NCBI GenBank assembly: GCA_965197475.1
Contig: CBDANF010000003.1
Span: 1,760,001 to 1,824,000 of the forward strand
DNA length: 64,000 nucleotides
From: Candidatus Poribacteria bacterium
Lineage (GTDB): Bacteria; Poribacteria; WGA-4E; WGA-3G
Reading direction: 5' to 3'
The notes under the pieces are model-generated. The model searched no databases. It worked only from the letters and a program-made list of their open reading frames with translations, and was not told the origin of the DNA. The translations under genes were made by a program, and so were the position numbers. Position 1 is the stretch's first letter. Every line of letters starts with the position of its first letter. Positions 49,685 to 60,661 of the stretch are shown here, piece after piece.

Positions 49685-50947
49685 ATGGACTACGATATTA
49701 AAACAACAGACCTTGCAGATGTAGGAAAACAGCGAGTTGACTGGGCAAATCGGTTTATGCCGGTTCTAACATCTATCCGCGAGCGTTTTGCGAAAGAACA
49801 ACCCTTGCAAGGATTAAAAATTGCCGCGTGTTTACATGTCACAACGGAAACAGCAAATCTCATGCAGACTTTGAAGGCGGGTGGTGCCGAATCGGTGTTA
49901 TGTGCGTCTAACCCGCTTAGCACTCAGGATGATGTCGCTGCTTCTCTCGTTGTTAATGATGACATCGCGGTATTTGCTATTAACGGTGAAGATACCGAAA
50001 CTTACTATCAACACATCCATGCTGCGCTCGCAACGCAATCTAATATCACGATGGATGATGGCGCAGATTTGGTGTCACTACTACATTCCGAAGAAACAAA
50101 TCCAGCACTCGTCGAACAGGTCATCGCAGGAACAGAAGAAACAACAACTGGTGTTATCAGACTTAAAAGCATGGCTGCCGAAGGCGTTCTCAAATATCCC
50201 ATTATCGCTGTTAATGATGCGGACACAAAACACTTTTTTGATAATCGATACGGCACAGGGCAAAGCACTTTAGACGGTATCATTCGCGCGACGAACCTAC
50301 TCATCGCAGGAACAACTGTTGTAGTCGCAGGCTACGGTTGGTGTGGTAGAGGCGTCGCAAGTCGTGCCCACGGCTTAGGGGCGAATGTGATTGTCACAGA
50401 GGTGACTGCTTTAAAAGCACTTGAAGCCGTTATGGATGGATTCAGAGTGATGCCAATGCAGAAAGCCGTTCAAGAAGCCGGCCTTGTTATTACACTAACA
50501 GGTGATATTCATGTGCTCCGAAAAGAACATTTCGAGGCGATGAAGGACGGCGCGATTATTGCAAATTCTGGGCATTTTAACGTTGAAATAGACATCCCGG
50601 CACTTGAAGAACTCGCTGTTGATAAAGTAAAAGCACGCGAATTTGTAGAATCTTTCACACTTGCTGATGGACGTACGCTCAATCTCATCGGTGAAGGGCG
50701 GTTAGTTAACTTAGCTGCCGCTGAAGGGCATCCTGCCAGTGTTATGGACATGAGTTTTGCAAATCAGGCGTTATCCGTTGAATTTATTGCGCAAAACCAG
50801 CAAAAACTTGAAAATCGTGTCTATGATGTTCCCAAATCTATTGACGAAGAAGTGGCAAGGCTGAAGTTAGCCGCTTTCGGCGTTGAAATTGACATCCTCA
50901 CGCCTGAACAAGAGAAGTACCTCAACTCATGGGAGATGGGGACATAA
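49685..50947 (+). CDS. ahcY: Adenosylhomocysteinase
   Basis: [31 protein letters not shown] and EGRLVNL. Confidence 0.95.
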   Translation: MDYDIKTTDLADVGKQRVDWANRFMPVLTSIRERFAKEQPLQGLKIAACLHVTTETANLMQTLKAGGAESVLCASNPLSTQDDVAASLVVNDDIAVFAINGEDTETYYQHIHAALATQSNITMDDGADLVSLLHSEETNPALVEQVIAGTEETTTGVIRLKSMAAEGVLKYPIIAVNDADTKHFFDNRYGTGQSTLDGIIRATNLLIAGTTVVVAGYGWCGRGVASRAHGLGANVIVTEVTALKALEAVMDGFRVMPMQKAVQEAGLVITLTGDIHVLRKEHFEAMKDGAIIANSGHFNVEIDIPALEELAVDKVKAREFVESFTLADGRTLNLIGEGRLVNLAAAEGHPASVMDMSFANQALSVEFIAQNQQKLENRVYDVPKSIDEEVARLKLAAFGVEIDILTPEQEKYLNSWEMGT

Positions 50948-50975
50948 TCTTGGCTTAGACATGCTCTGAAAACCT

Positions 50976-51206
50976 ATGAAAAAGTCAGAAATCTGGGAAG
51001 GGGTTATATTACTTCTTGCAGCGTTGCTCTTGCTACCGATATGGTTAGCACGTTCTGGTAAGGTTCAATTCCCTCCGCTCATTTTCACCATACTTGAATT
51101 TTTACTGTATCCACTCATAATCGTGCTTGGTGTCATTCTGGTGCGTCGCGTGCACCGAATCATCAACGCAATGCGTGAGAACAAAAACCGCCCCGGGACG
51201 TTTTAG
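50976..51206 (+). CDS. Small two-TM membrane protein
   Basis: 76 aa with two hydrophobic stretches. Fits tightly between ahcY and the PfkB gene. Confidence 0.6.
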   Translation: MKKSEIWEGVILLLAALLLLPIWLARSGKVQFPPLIFTILEFLLYPLIIVLGVILVRRVHRIINAMRENKNRPGTF

Positions 51207-51214
51207 TCCGACCG

Positions 51215-52132
51215 ATGGAGAAAATAATGGGAGTGTTAGTTGTCGGGACGGTCACTTTAGATACCGTAGAAACACCACATAAGCAGGTTAAAGATGTGCT
51301 TGGTGGTTCTGGCGTTTATGCTGCTGTTGCCGCAAGTTTTTTTGGAAATCCTGTTCGGCTTGTTGGCGTTGTGGGTGCTGATTTTCCAGAGGAGTACGCA
51401 GACTTCCTGCAATCCCGAGGAATCGACCTTGAAGGATTAACGCGCGTTGAAAACGGCAAGAGTTTTCGGTGGGGCGGCAGATATGCTGATGACTTTAATG
51501 TACGTGATACGCTCTTTACAGAATTGAACGTTGTCGTTGACTTCCATCCCGTTTTACCAGACGCTTACAAGGAAACCCCCTACCTCTTTTTAGCAAATGA
51601 TCCACCACAGTTGCAACTGAGCATTATTGAGCAGACATCAAACCCAAAACTGGTTGTCTGTGATACAATGGATTTTTGGATACATGAGGAACGAGCGGCA
51701 TTAGATAAAACAATAGAACGCGTGGACATCCTTATCCTGAACGATAGTGAAGCAAAATTGTTAACGGGTGAATCTAATCTATTGCGCGCAGCGCGGGCGA
51801 TCCTGCATCATGGACCTAAGCGAGTTATTGTCAAAAAGGGTGAGCACGGAGCAATTAGCATCACGGAATCATCCTTCTTTAGTGCACCTGCATACCCCCT
51901 CACACAAGTAACAGACCCCACAGGTGCAGGTGATAGTTTCGCTGGAGGTTTTATGGGTTATCTGGCATCTGTTGATGATCTGTCAGAGAGTTCAATCCGC
52001 AAAGCGATGATGTTCGGCACTGTTGTCGCCTCATTTAACATTGAAGATTTCAGTATCAATCGACAAAAGTCTGTGCAGTTTGATGAAATTGAGGAACGGT
52101 ATCTGGAACTTCAAGAAATAGTCCGCTTTTGA
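51215..52132 (+). CDS. PfkB-family kinase (adenosine kinase-like)
   Basis: LGGSG, NDSEA, KKGEHG and DPTGAGDSFAGG. Follows ahcY. Confidence 0.88.
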   Translation: MEKIMGVLVVGTVTLDTVETPHKQVKDVLGGSGVYAAVAASFFGNPVRLVGVVGADFPEEYADFLQSRGIDLEGLTRVENGKSFRWGGRYADDFNVRDTLFTELNVVVDFHPVLPDAYKETPYLFLANDPPQLQLSIIEQTSNPKLVVCDTMDFWIHEERAALDKTIERVDILILNDSEAKLLTGESNLLRAARAILHHGPKRVIVKKGEHGAISITESSFFSAPAYPLTQVTDPTGAGDSFAGGFMGYLASVDDLSESSIRKAMMFGTVVASFNIEDFSINRQKSVQFDEIEERYLELQEIVRF

Positions 52133-52248
52133 TATTGTTTAGCGTGGTGTTAATTGTCTGAACCAGGATTTTCGGGATTAGGAGATTTTCAGGATTGCAG
52201 AATCTCCTTAATTAACACCTGTCTTTAAAGAATTGGCAAATTCTTTTC

Positions 52249-52613
52249 TTATACTTCATAATCATCCTCCTCTAATACTTCTCGAATGGCTTGGTTGAAT
52301 CTCTCTGGATCCTTGAAATACAACTTGGCATTTTCAACGACCCGCTTTAGCAATGCAAGATCATCTTGCTCAATGTTTTCCACTTTCAGCAGAGACCGAA
52401 TCTTTTCTTCACCGAACACACCATATAACTGACCTACCGCTGCATTTAGGAACGCTGCAGTCAGGGCAGTAACATTGTGAAAGGAAAGTGTAACGTGCTG
52501 ATCCTTTCAAGGGCGACAGCAAGGCGTTCATAAATCTTCTGCCCATCATCGGAGGCTACGCAAAATGGACTACCCACAACTTCAAATAGGGATATTCTAA
52601 TTTTTTCTGACAT
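52249..52613 (-). CDS. STAS-like (DUF4325-type) protein, 1-nt frameshift near 52505
   Basis: Read by eye: MSEKIRISLFEVVGSPFCVASDDGQKIYERL / VTLSFHNVTALTAAFLNAAVGQLYG...KRVVENAKLYF. Absent from the ORF track. Confidence 0.65.
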
Positions 52614-52668
52614 GTAGTTATCTCCTAAAAGGTATTTCAGCGTTTAGTCTGGAAGCAGATCTGGATAC

Positions 52669-54236
52669 TTAAGTATCTTCAGTGTCAGTTCCAAAAATAA
52701 TTCCTTTCAATTCATTGTAAGTTGTCATTCCATGTTTGATTAATGGAGCAAGTGTATCCCTCATAAATCCTGTATGAGTTTCACCTGCTCCGCGCACTCC
52801 CCACTCAATTACCTTTTTACGGATTTGATTAGGAGCACCTTTTATATCTGTAACATTCTCTCGTAATGCTATCAATTCGGATACTTTTTCATTACAAGGC
52901 TCCAACCTTTTATCCTGACATAGTGCCTGCAACACATCATCGGCAAGCAGATAGTTTTCGATTTTTCCTTGTTTTAAGACCTTTATTCCTTTTTCTTGTA
53001 ACTGCTCCACTTCTCGATGTGTGATGTCATCACGGTCTCTGAGTCCAAATACGTTTGCACCTTTTGTAATCGCGCCAATCACAGGAATGTAGTTCTGTAT
53101 ACCTCCCTTTCCACCTGCTGAAATGAATTTCGTATTGGGAAATTCTTCAGAAAAGATTTGATTGTAGCATTCCGCATCAAAACCTTCATCTCCATGGCTC
53201 CCTTCACAAATAACAATTTGATCCGGTGCGACGAGGGCAGCTAAATCCTCTAAAGCAATTTCATGCGTCTGCTCCCAGAATCTACGATCAGGCTTGGTAA
53301 TAGGTTTAATCTCAACTTTTTTGTCAAAATTGTGTCCGGAAAAATCCAAGAAAACTACTTCACCCGGGTTTTCATCTAAGATTTTTTTGAAGTTCGTAAG
53401 ATCCCAATGGAGTGTGTTCCAAGCCAAAGTTGTGAGTTCTCAGGAATTAACTCATACAAAATTTTAAGTAATTTGCTTTGCACACTCAATCCCATATGCG
53501 CCTCTGGCTCATCAATACACATCGCTGCATTTGGGTAAAATTCTCTTCTAATGATAAAATCAAGAAGTAAATCAAATGCTGCTTTTTCACCTCCTGATAG
53601 ATTGACAAAATTATACTTTTTAGCTGTCCCTTTCTCAAAATAGAAAGTGCCCCTACCTTCGGGGGTCTTGGAGTGAATGCAGGCACAGGTCAGGAAAAAT
53701 AGATTGCAACGAATCACGCACTCGCCCTATAACTTGTTCCTAATATCCGTATTGCTCCGTTCTTCTGGGTTAAATACTTCCCTCATAATTTGCCAATATA
53801 TCCTCTGATAATTTTTTTCGACTTCAGTATCAGGAGTGGAAAAATTTCGCTGACCATCCAGTCTCCAATATTCACTTTCATCAATCTTAGACATTGTGGA
53901 AACACTAAACTTTGGAGTATGCCGATACGCTGAACGCATATAACAGGCTTCTCCCAAATTTGAAGGGGGATCATCAGCATTAATAGTTACGCCTAAAGCA
54001 CTAAAATCTAAACGTGAACGAGAATTTGCTGGTTCCCCATCTCTCAATAAATACTCAGGGTCATAGTTGCTATTACGCTGATCTTTTCCCCAAGCATTAA
54101 TAGCCTCAAATAAGGACGATTTTCCGCTTCCGCTGGGTCCAACCAAGATAACAAGTTTTGCTGTATTAGGAATATCTTCAATAGTTAAGTCCACAAATCG
54201 CTTAAAATCTTTCAAATGTATGGATCTGATTCTCAA
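52669..54236 (-). CDS. ABC/SMC-type ATPase fused to a TOPRIM-like domain (OLD-like), split into 3 ORFs by frameshifts
   Basis: FKRF and GPSGSGKS (Walker A), LSGGEK, IDEPEAHM, H-loop GTHS, then ICEG and RDRDD. Confidence 0.75.
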
Positions 54237-54282
54237 ACTGTTACCTCACAATCATCATTATATTGTTACCGAAAATGCTTAA

Positions 54283-55659
54283 TTATAACACATGCACCGC
54301 ACGACCATACGCCGCTTCAGCAGATTCCATCACCATTTCCGAAAGCGTTGGATGCGCATGCACTGTATGCGCGATGTCCTTTGCATTAGCACCTAAGCGA
54401 ATAGCAACAGCAGCCTCATGGATAAGCGTTGACGCATGCACACCAACAATATGAACACCGAGTATATCACCGCTATCCGCATCAGTGATGGTTTTAACAA
54501 ATCCATCTGCTTCACCCATCCCAAGTGCCATACCACTTGCAGCATAAGGAAATTTCCCTACCTTAACCTCGTATCCTTCATCTGTTGCCTCTGTTTCGGT
54601 CATACCCGCATGCCCAATTTCGGGTAGCGTAAAAACACACCACGGGATAACTTGATAGTCCATCTCAGTAGTTTCACCGAGACAGTTTTGTGCAGCGACC
54701 TTCCCTTCAGCAGAAGCTACGTGCGCCAACAGATATCGACTTGCAACATCCCCAACGGCATAAATGCCGGGAATATTCGTCAGCATCTGTTCATTCACAA
54801 CGATTTTTCCATTTTCTGTCCGTCCCCCAACCTTTTCTAACCCTATCCTTTCAGTATTGTAACGTCTACCGATTGAAACAAGCATCTTTTGTGCGGTCAG
54901 ATTTTCACCGGATTCAAGCACTGCTGTGACTCCCGCATCCGATTTATTGACACTGGTAAGTTTCGCACCCGTGTGGATAGAGATGCCTTTTCGCTTCATA
55001 AAAAGCCGTATATGGCGGACAACCTGAATATCTTCGGTCGCCAAAATTGTAGGGAGAAGTTCCAACACGGTCACGCTGCAACCGAAAGCATTGAAAATGG
55101 AAGCAAATTCACACCCCGAAACACCACCGCCGACGATAATAAGGCTTTCAGGAAGTTCTGTGAGGTTAAGAATTCCTGTCGTTGTCAACACATCGGTTTC
55201 ATCAATTTCAAAAATAGGAGGTTCAGCAGGTTCAGACCCAGTGGCGATAATAACGTTTTTTACGTTTACCTGTTCGGTTGTGCCATCCGCTTTACGCACG
55301 GTAATTGTATTTCTATCCTCAAGTGAAGCATTGCCGTTCAAGGTCCGAATCTTGTTCGCTTTAAGAAGTTGGCTTATCCCACCTTTCAACTTCTGAATGA
55401 CCTCTGTTTTATGTATTAGTGTTTGCGAGTAGTCAACGGTTGTACTTTGTGCATTTAAAGCAGGGGTGTTTTGGATCTGTTCGGCAAGATGGGCAATAGA
55501 AAAAAGGGTTTTCGTTGGAATACAACCTCTATTTAGGCATGTACCACCCCATTCGCCTCTTTCTATGAGGCATACGGTGCCACCAAGTTGCGCTGCTCTT
55601 ATGGCAGCGACATAACCACCCGGTCCTCCACCAATAATTCCGACATCATACGTAGACAT
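54283..55659 (-). CDS. lpdA: Dihydrolipoamide dehydrogenase
   Basis: GGGPGGY, GGTCLNRGCIPTK and HAHPTLSE. Start MSTYD. Confidence 0.93.
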   Translation of the reverse strand: MSTYDVGIIGGGPGGYVAAIRAAQLGGTVCLIERGEWGGTCLNRGCIPTKTLFSIAHLAEQIQNTPALNAQSTTVDYSQTLIHKTEVIQKLKGGISQLLKANKIRTLNGNASLEDRNTITVRKADGTTEQVNVKNVIIATGSEPAEPPIFEIDETDVLTTTGILNLTELPESLIIVGGGVSGCEFASIFNAFGCSVTVLELLPTILATEDIQVVRHIRLFMKRKGISIHTGAKLTSVNKSDAGVTAVLESGENLTAQKMLVSIGRRYNTERIGLEKVGGRTENGKIVVNEQMLTNIPGIYAVGDVASRYLLAHVASAEGKVAAQNCLGETTEMDYQVIPWCVFTLPEIGHAGMTETEATDEGYEVKVGKFPYAASGMALGMGEADGFVKTITDADSGDILGVHIVGVHASTLIHEAAVAIRLGANAKDIAHTVHAHPTLSEMVMESAEAAYGRAVHVL

Positions 55660-55745
55660 AGCTGCTCCTATTCTCTGATATGAATATAATTCTATCACAA
55701 CAGGGCAGGGTTGTCAAGTTGAGGTGTTTCAGGACAAAATTTTTG

Positions 55746-55774
55746 TTGACGATTCACTGAATTTAAGGTATACT
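55746..55774 (+). promoter_or_regulatory. Sigma70-type promoter for gltB
   Basis: TTGACG-N17-TATACT. Confidence 0.55.
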
Positions 55775-55898
55775 ATTAATTAATTGTAGAAAAAATTACC
55801 GAATTCAGAAATTGAGGGCAAAATGCCTATACGTCTAACAGAGACACGGTATCCGAAGCATTTCTGACGAGACTATGAGTTAACGGATACCAAAAATC

Positions 55899-58800
55899 TT
55901 GAATACTTGGAGTATGAGTTTACAAATGCACGAACATTTATATGAGAAAGATGCCTGTGGAGTAGGTTTTATCGCAAACCGTTCAGGGAGTCGAAGTCAT
56001 GCTATCCTAAAAATGGCAATACAAGCGGTTGCAAATTTGACACACCGAGGCGCAGTAGCAGCTGATGCAAAAACAGGCGACGGTGCAGGCATCCTGACAC
56101 AGATTCCGGAGAAACTATTTAGAAAAGAATTAGAGAAACTTGGAATAAACCTTGATTCGATTAATGACTTTGCCGTTGGGATGATTTTCCTGCCGGGGAA
56201 TGATCTCGTTGCCCAAAAACGGGGACGCGAAATCGTTGCCAATATTCTACAGCAATACGGATTTCCACTCTTAGGATGGCGTTCAGTTCCTGTTGATGTG
56301 TCTGCTCTCGGAGAAAAGGCATTGGCAACAATGCCGTTAATACAGCAGGTGCTTATCGGTAGGCCAAACCATGTCACACCTGACAAGTTTGAGCAACGCC
56401 TCTATCTCTTATGCAAGGAATTGGAACATCGCATTACAGATGAGAAACTTGATGGCTTCCACATCGCCTCCTTCTCGCATCGCACCATTGTCTATAAAGG
56501 ACTCCTTGTCGCCTCCCAATTGGCGATGTTCTATTCTGACTTACGTGATGTTGACTTTGAAGCCGCTTTAGCCGTTTTTCACCAACGTTATAGCACGAAT
56601 ACATCCTCAACATGGTCGCTTGCACAACCTTTCCGAATGCTGGCACACAACGGTGAGATAAACACGTTGATGGGAAATAGGAACTGGATGCGCGCCCGTG
56701 AAGCCGAAATGAATTCCCCTGTATGGAATGAGGATATCAAGAAACTTACCCCGATTATCAACCCTTACGGTAGCGATTCAATGAGCCTTGACAATGTTCT
56801 GGAATTGCTAACATATTCTGATCGTAGCATTCTGCATTCAATGATGTGTTTAATGCCAGAGGCTTACGAACAGATACCGGATATGCCACCTGCTCTGAAA
56901 GCTTGTTATGAGTACCTCTCGTGTGTTAGCGAACCTTGGGATGGTCCGGCTGCTGTAGCATTCACTGACGGAAAGATTGTCGGTGCAAGTTTGGATAGGA
57001 ACGGTCTAAGACCCGCTCGGTATAAAGTAACCGATGATGGGCTCGTTGTGATGGGGTCTGAGGTCGGAATTATAGAATTAGACGATAGTTGTGTCGTCAA
57101 AAAGGGGCGTTTAGGTCCCGGACAGATGATCGCTGTTGATACTGCGCGCGGACAATTACTCATGGATACAGACATAAAAACTGAGGTGGCACATCAGAAA
57201 CCTTATTCCGTTTGGGTGAAACAGAGTACGCAGTTGGACGAACTAAAACCGCAGCCACTTGGAACGATAATACCAATACCCGATAATTTACACACACACC
57301 AGAAAGCATTTGGGTATATGACTGAAGATGTGGAACGTTTCATCAAACCGATGGTTATGCAAGCTAAGGAGGCCGTCGGGTCAATGGGGGATGATACCCC
57401 TCCTGCTGTCATTTCACGGCATCCACGCCTGCTTTATCACTATTTTAAACAACTTTTTGCGCAAGTTACCAATCCTCCAATTGATTCACTCCGGGAACGA
57501 TTGGTTATGTCTCTGACAACTTGTCTGGGAAAACGACACAGTTTGCTGACAGAGACCGAAGCACATGCACACGTAATCCGATTAACTTCTCCGATATTGA
57601 CAAATGAAGAATTACAAGCTTTGAAAGCACAAAACCTACCTGAGTATAAGCATGCCACTATACCTGTCTGTTTCCCAGTCGCTTCTGGCACACAAGGATT
57701 GGAAAATGCTTTAGACACATTATGCGCTAATGTTTTAGACGCAGTAAATTCAGGGAATACATTCTTGATTTTGAGCGATAAAGGTGTCAATGCTGAATTT
57801 GTGCCTATTCCGATGCTACTCGCGGTTGGGGCTGTACATCATTATCTGATCCGTGAAGGGAAACGAAGACAGGTCAGCTTGATAGCTGAAGCAGGCGATC
57901 CGCGTGAAGAGCATCATTATGCAGTGCTACTTGGATATGGTGCTGATGCTATCAACCCTTACCTTGCTTTTTCTACAATTGTTCAACTTACTGAAAACGA
58001 CGAATTCGAGGATATCTCAACAGAACAGGCGATTAAGAACTATAGAGAAGCTGTTGAAAAAGGTATTTTGAAGATTATGGCGAAGATGGGCATATCCACG
58101 GTGTCAAGTTATCGAGGTGCTCAGATTTTTGAGGCTATCGGTATCAACGCATCGGTTATTGATCGGTGTTTTGTCGGCACCCCATCAAGGTTAAGCGGTA
58201 TCGGTTTTGAACACATCGCCGCAGAAACACTTCATTTCCATACCAAAGCTTTTGAAGGTACTGACAGCAGACAATCCCTACAAGAAGCAGGTTATTTCCG
58301 ATTTCGAAGAAATGGTGAATTTCACGCCTTTAACCCGACCGTATTCAAGGCACTGCACAAGTTCGTCAAGAGTGGGGAAGCTGAAGATTATACCCAATAC
58401 GCTGAAGCAGTTGAGGAGGGCGACCCTTCCAGTTTACGGGATTTACTTGCTTTCAAGGCAAGCAATCCTATTCCCATTGAGGAGGTAGAACCCGCAGAGG
58501 ATATCGTTCGCCGCTTTACCACTGGAAGTATGTCTTTTGGCGCGTTGAGTCGTGAAACACACGAAACCTTAGCTATCGCGATGAACCGCCTCGGTGCCAA
58601 ATCAGGGAGTGGTGAAGGCGGCGAAGATAGTGGTCGTTTTGAAAGACAACCGAATGGTGATCTTGCATCAAGTGCTCTCAAACAGATTGCATCTGGACGT
58701 TTTGGCGTAACACCGCAGTATCTTGCTTCCGCAAGGGAATTAGAGATCAAGATGGCGCAAGGGTCAAAACCTGGAGAAGGTGGACAGATTCCTGGACACA

Positions 58801-60407
58801 AAGTAACACTGGAAATTGCAAAGATTCGCAACTCAATTCCTGGGGTGCCCTTAATCTCACCACCACCACATCACGACATCTATTCAATTGAAGACCTCGC
58901 GCAGTTAATTTATGATCTAAAACAGGTTAACCCGCGTGCGAAAGTCGCAGTAAAACTTGTATCCGAGTTTCTAATTGGTACTATCGCGTCAGGTGTCGCA
59001 AAAGGATACGCAGATGTGATTCAAATTAGTGGGCATGAAGGCGGCACTGGTGCCTCACCACTTAGCTCCATCAAAAACGCTGGCACGCCGTGGGAACTCG
59101 GGCTTGCGGAAACACAGCACCGCCTCGTTGAAAATGAATTACGCGATCGTGTCGTGTTGAGAGTTGATGGCGGCATGCGGTCAGGACGTGATATCGTCAT
59201 TGCGGCTATGTTGGGAGCAGAAGAATACGGTTTTGGAACAACAGCAATGGTCGCAACAGGATGTATAATGGCACGTCAATGCCACTTGAACACTTGTCCG
59301 GTCGGTGTTGCCACGCAAGACCCCGCACTTCGGGCAAAGTATCCCGGTACGCCTGAAATGGTTGTCAACTTTATGCTCGGTGTGGCAAACGAGGTGCGGG
59401 CAATCCTCGCAAACCTTGGCCATCGCTGTCTAAATGATGTCATCGGTCGTCCAGATTTGTTAGAACTTGCTGATTTGACTGCGTATCCAAAGGCAGCAAC
59501 ACTTGACTTAAGTGAAATTCTCGCCTCGGCTGACCCAACAGGAAAAAGTCCGCGTTATCATTTACAAGAACGCAACGACCGTGTAGATACACCTTTGGAC
59601 GACCAAATTTTGCAGGATGCTGAAACGGCAATTAGAAATAAAGAGCCGATCCAACTTTCATATCCGATACGGAATACTCACCGGACGGTTGGTGCTAAAT
59701 TATCCGGTGAAATCGCATTTCGATATGGCGACACACCGTTACCTAAAGAGACAATCCGATGCTACTTTACAGGTAGTGCCGGACAAAGTTTTGGCGCGTT
59801 TTGCATCAGTGGAATCCAGCTTGTCTTGACTGGTGAAGCGAATGATTATGTCGGAAAAGGCATGGCAGGTGGTGAATTGGTTATCAAACCTTCACCTGAT
59901 GCTCGCTTTGAAACACATGAAAATACCATCATCGGGAACACTGTGTTGTATGGCGCAACAAGCGGTGTTCTATACGCTGCAGGCAGAGCAGGTGAACGTT
60001 TTTGTGTTCGAAATAGCGGGGCGACTGCTGTTGTGGAAGGTGTTGGTGATCACGGATGTGAATATATGACTGGTGGCACTGTCGTGATCTTAGGTAATAC
60101 CGGACGAAACTTCGGAGCAGGCATGACAGGTGGAATTGGCTACGTGCTTGACGAAAACCAACAGTTTGAGAAAAAAATTAACCCACAGCTTATTAAGTTA
60201 GAACGTATAACCGAAAAAGTACACGAAGATACGCTGATTGACTTGTTACAAAAGCATCTTGAGTTAACTGGGAGCCCTCGCGCGGAACAAATCCTTACCG
60301 ATTGGGATGTATTCTTACCACTCTTCTGGAAAATTGTCACACCTCCACCCCCGCCGCCACCGGCAGCACAGACTCGTCGCGTCCGAAAGACAATCCGTAG
60401 GAAATAA
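55899..60407 (+). CDS. gltB: Glutamate synthase large subunit
   Basis: DACGVGF, HNGEINT, EPWDGPA, GSMSFGALS, KMAQGSKPGEGG and CHLNTCPVG. Start could be 55914 or 55926. Confidence 0.96.
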   Translation: MNTWSMSLQMHEHLYEKDACGVGFIANRSGSRSHAILKMAIQAVANLTHRGAVAADAKTGDGAGILTQIPEKLFRKELEKLGINLDSINDFAVGMIFLPGNDLVAQKRGREIVANILQQYGFPLLGWRSVPVDVSALGEKALATMPLIQQVLIGRPNHVTPDKFEQRLYLLCKELEHRITDEKLDGFHIASFSHRTIVYKGLLVASQLAMFYSDLRDVDFEAALAVFHQRYSTNTSSTWSLAQPFRMLAHNGEINTLMGNRNWMRAREAEMNSPVWNEDIKKLTPIINPYGSDSMSLDNVLELLTYSDRSILHSMMCLMPEAYEQIPDMPPALKACYEYLSCVSEPWDGPAAVAFTDGKIVGASLDRNGLRPARYKVTDDGLVVMGSEVGIIELDDSCVVKKGRLGPGQMIAVDTARGQLLMDTDIKTEVAHQKPYSVWVKQSTQLDELKPQPLGTIIPIPDNLHTHQKAFGYMTEDVERFIKPMVMQAKEAVGSMGDDTPPAVISRHPRLLYHYFKQLFAQVTNPPIDSLRERLVMSLTTCLGKRHSLLTETEAHAHVIRLTSPILTNEELQALKAQNLPEYKHATIPVCFPVASGTQGLENALDTLCANVLDAVNSGNTFLILSDKGVNAEFVPIPMLLAVGAVHHYLIREGKRRQVSLIAEAGDPREEHHYAVLLGYGADAINPYLAFSTIVQLTENDEFEDISTEQAIKNYREAVEKGILKIMAKMGISTVSSYRGAQIFEAIGINASVIDRCFVGTPSRLSGIGFEHIAAETLHFHTKAFEGTDSRQSLQEAGYFRFRRNGEFHAFNPTVFKALHKFVKSGEAEDYTQYAEAVEEGDPSSLRDLLAFKASNPIPIEEVEPAEDIVRRFTTGSMSFGALSRETHETLAIAMNRLGAKSGSGEGGEDSGRFERQPNGDLASSALKQIASGRFGVTPQYLASARELEIKMAQGSKPGEGGQIPGHKVTLEIAKIRNSIPGVPLISPPPHHDIYSIEDLAQLIYDLKQVNPRAKVAVKLVSEFLIGTIASGVAKGYADVIQISGHEGGTGASPLSSIKNAGTPWELGLAETQHRLVENELRDRVVLRVDGGMRSGRDIVIAAMLGAEEYGFGTTAMVATGCIMARQCHLNTCPVGVATQDPALRAKYPGTPEMVVNFMLGVANEVRAILANLGHRCLNDVIGRPDLLELADLTAYPKAATLDLSEILASADPTGKSPRYHLQERNDRVDTPLDDQILQDAETAIRNKEPIQLSYPIRNTHRTVGAKLSGEIAFRYGDTPLPKETIRCYFTGSAGQSFGAFCISGIQLVLTGEANDYVGKGMAGGELVIKPSPDARFETHENTIIGNTVLYGATSGVLYAAGRAGERFCVRNSGATAVVEGVGDHGCEYMTGGTVVILGNTGRNFGAGMTGGIGYVLDENQQFEKKINPQLIKLERITEKVHEDTLIDLLQKHLELTGSPRAEQILTDWDVFLPLFWKIVTPPPPPPPAAQTRRVRKTIRRK

Positions 60408-60428
60408 TAAGTCTTATCACCTTGACGC

Positions 60429-60461
60429 AAAAATAAGGCAGAGGTTGCTGCCTTATTTTTT
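60429..60461. terminator. Bidirectional intrinsic terminator
   Basis: AAAAATAAGGCAG-AGGTTG-CTGCCTTATTTTTT right after the gltB stop. Confidence 0.8.
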
Positions 60462-60507
60462 ATAAAGAATGTATTTGCTTTCCGAGAAACCCATAGCAAC
60501 ATGTCAA

Positions 60508-60553
60508 AACATATAGGCCTCTAATTGAAATTTCAATTAGAGGCCTATATGTT
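60508..60553. repeat. Perfect 46-bp palindrome
   Basis: AACATATAGGCCTCTAATTGAAA|TTTCAATTAGAGGCCTATATGTT. Confidence 0.9.
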
Positions 60554-60661
60554 ATTAATTCCGATCCAGAATCGCCCACAAACACGGTGACGAAAGAGAA
60601 GGCAGCAAGCACTGCCTTTTATAAGCAGCTTAAAGTCCTTCAACTTTAGCTAATCGTGCTA

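Noticed and set aside
18200-53730. Programmed frameshifting or true pseudogenisation at the many split genes (MORN, iolD, rlmB, STAS, DUF4325-like, ATPase)
   Set aside because: Mostly small indels, often in homopolymers and also in housekeeping genes. More simply explained by consensus errors.
55860-55875. CTGACGA as a hammerhead ribozyme core
   Set aside because: No properly placed GAAA and stem II/III arrangement.
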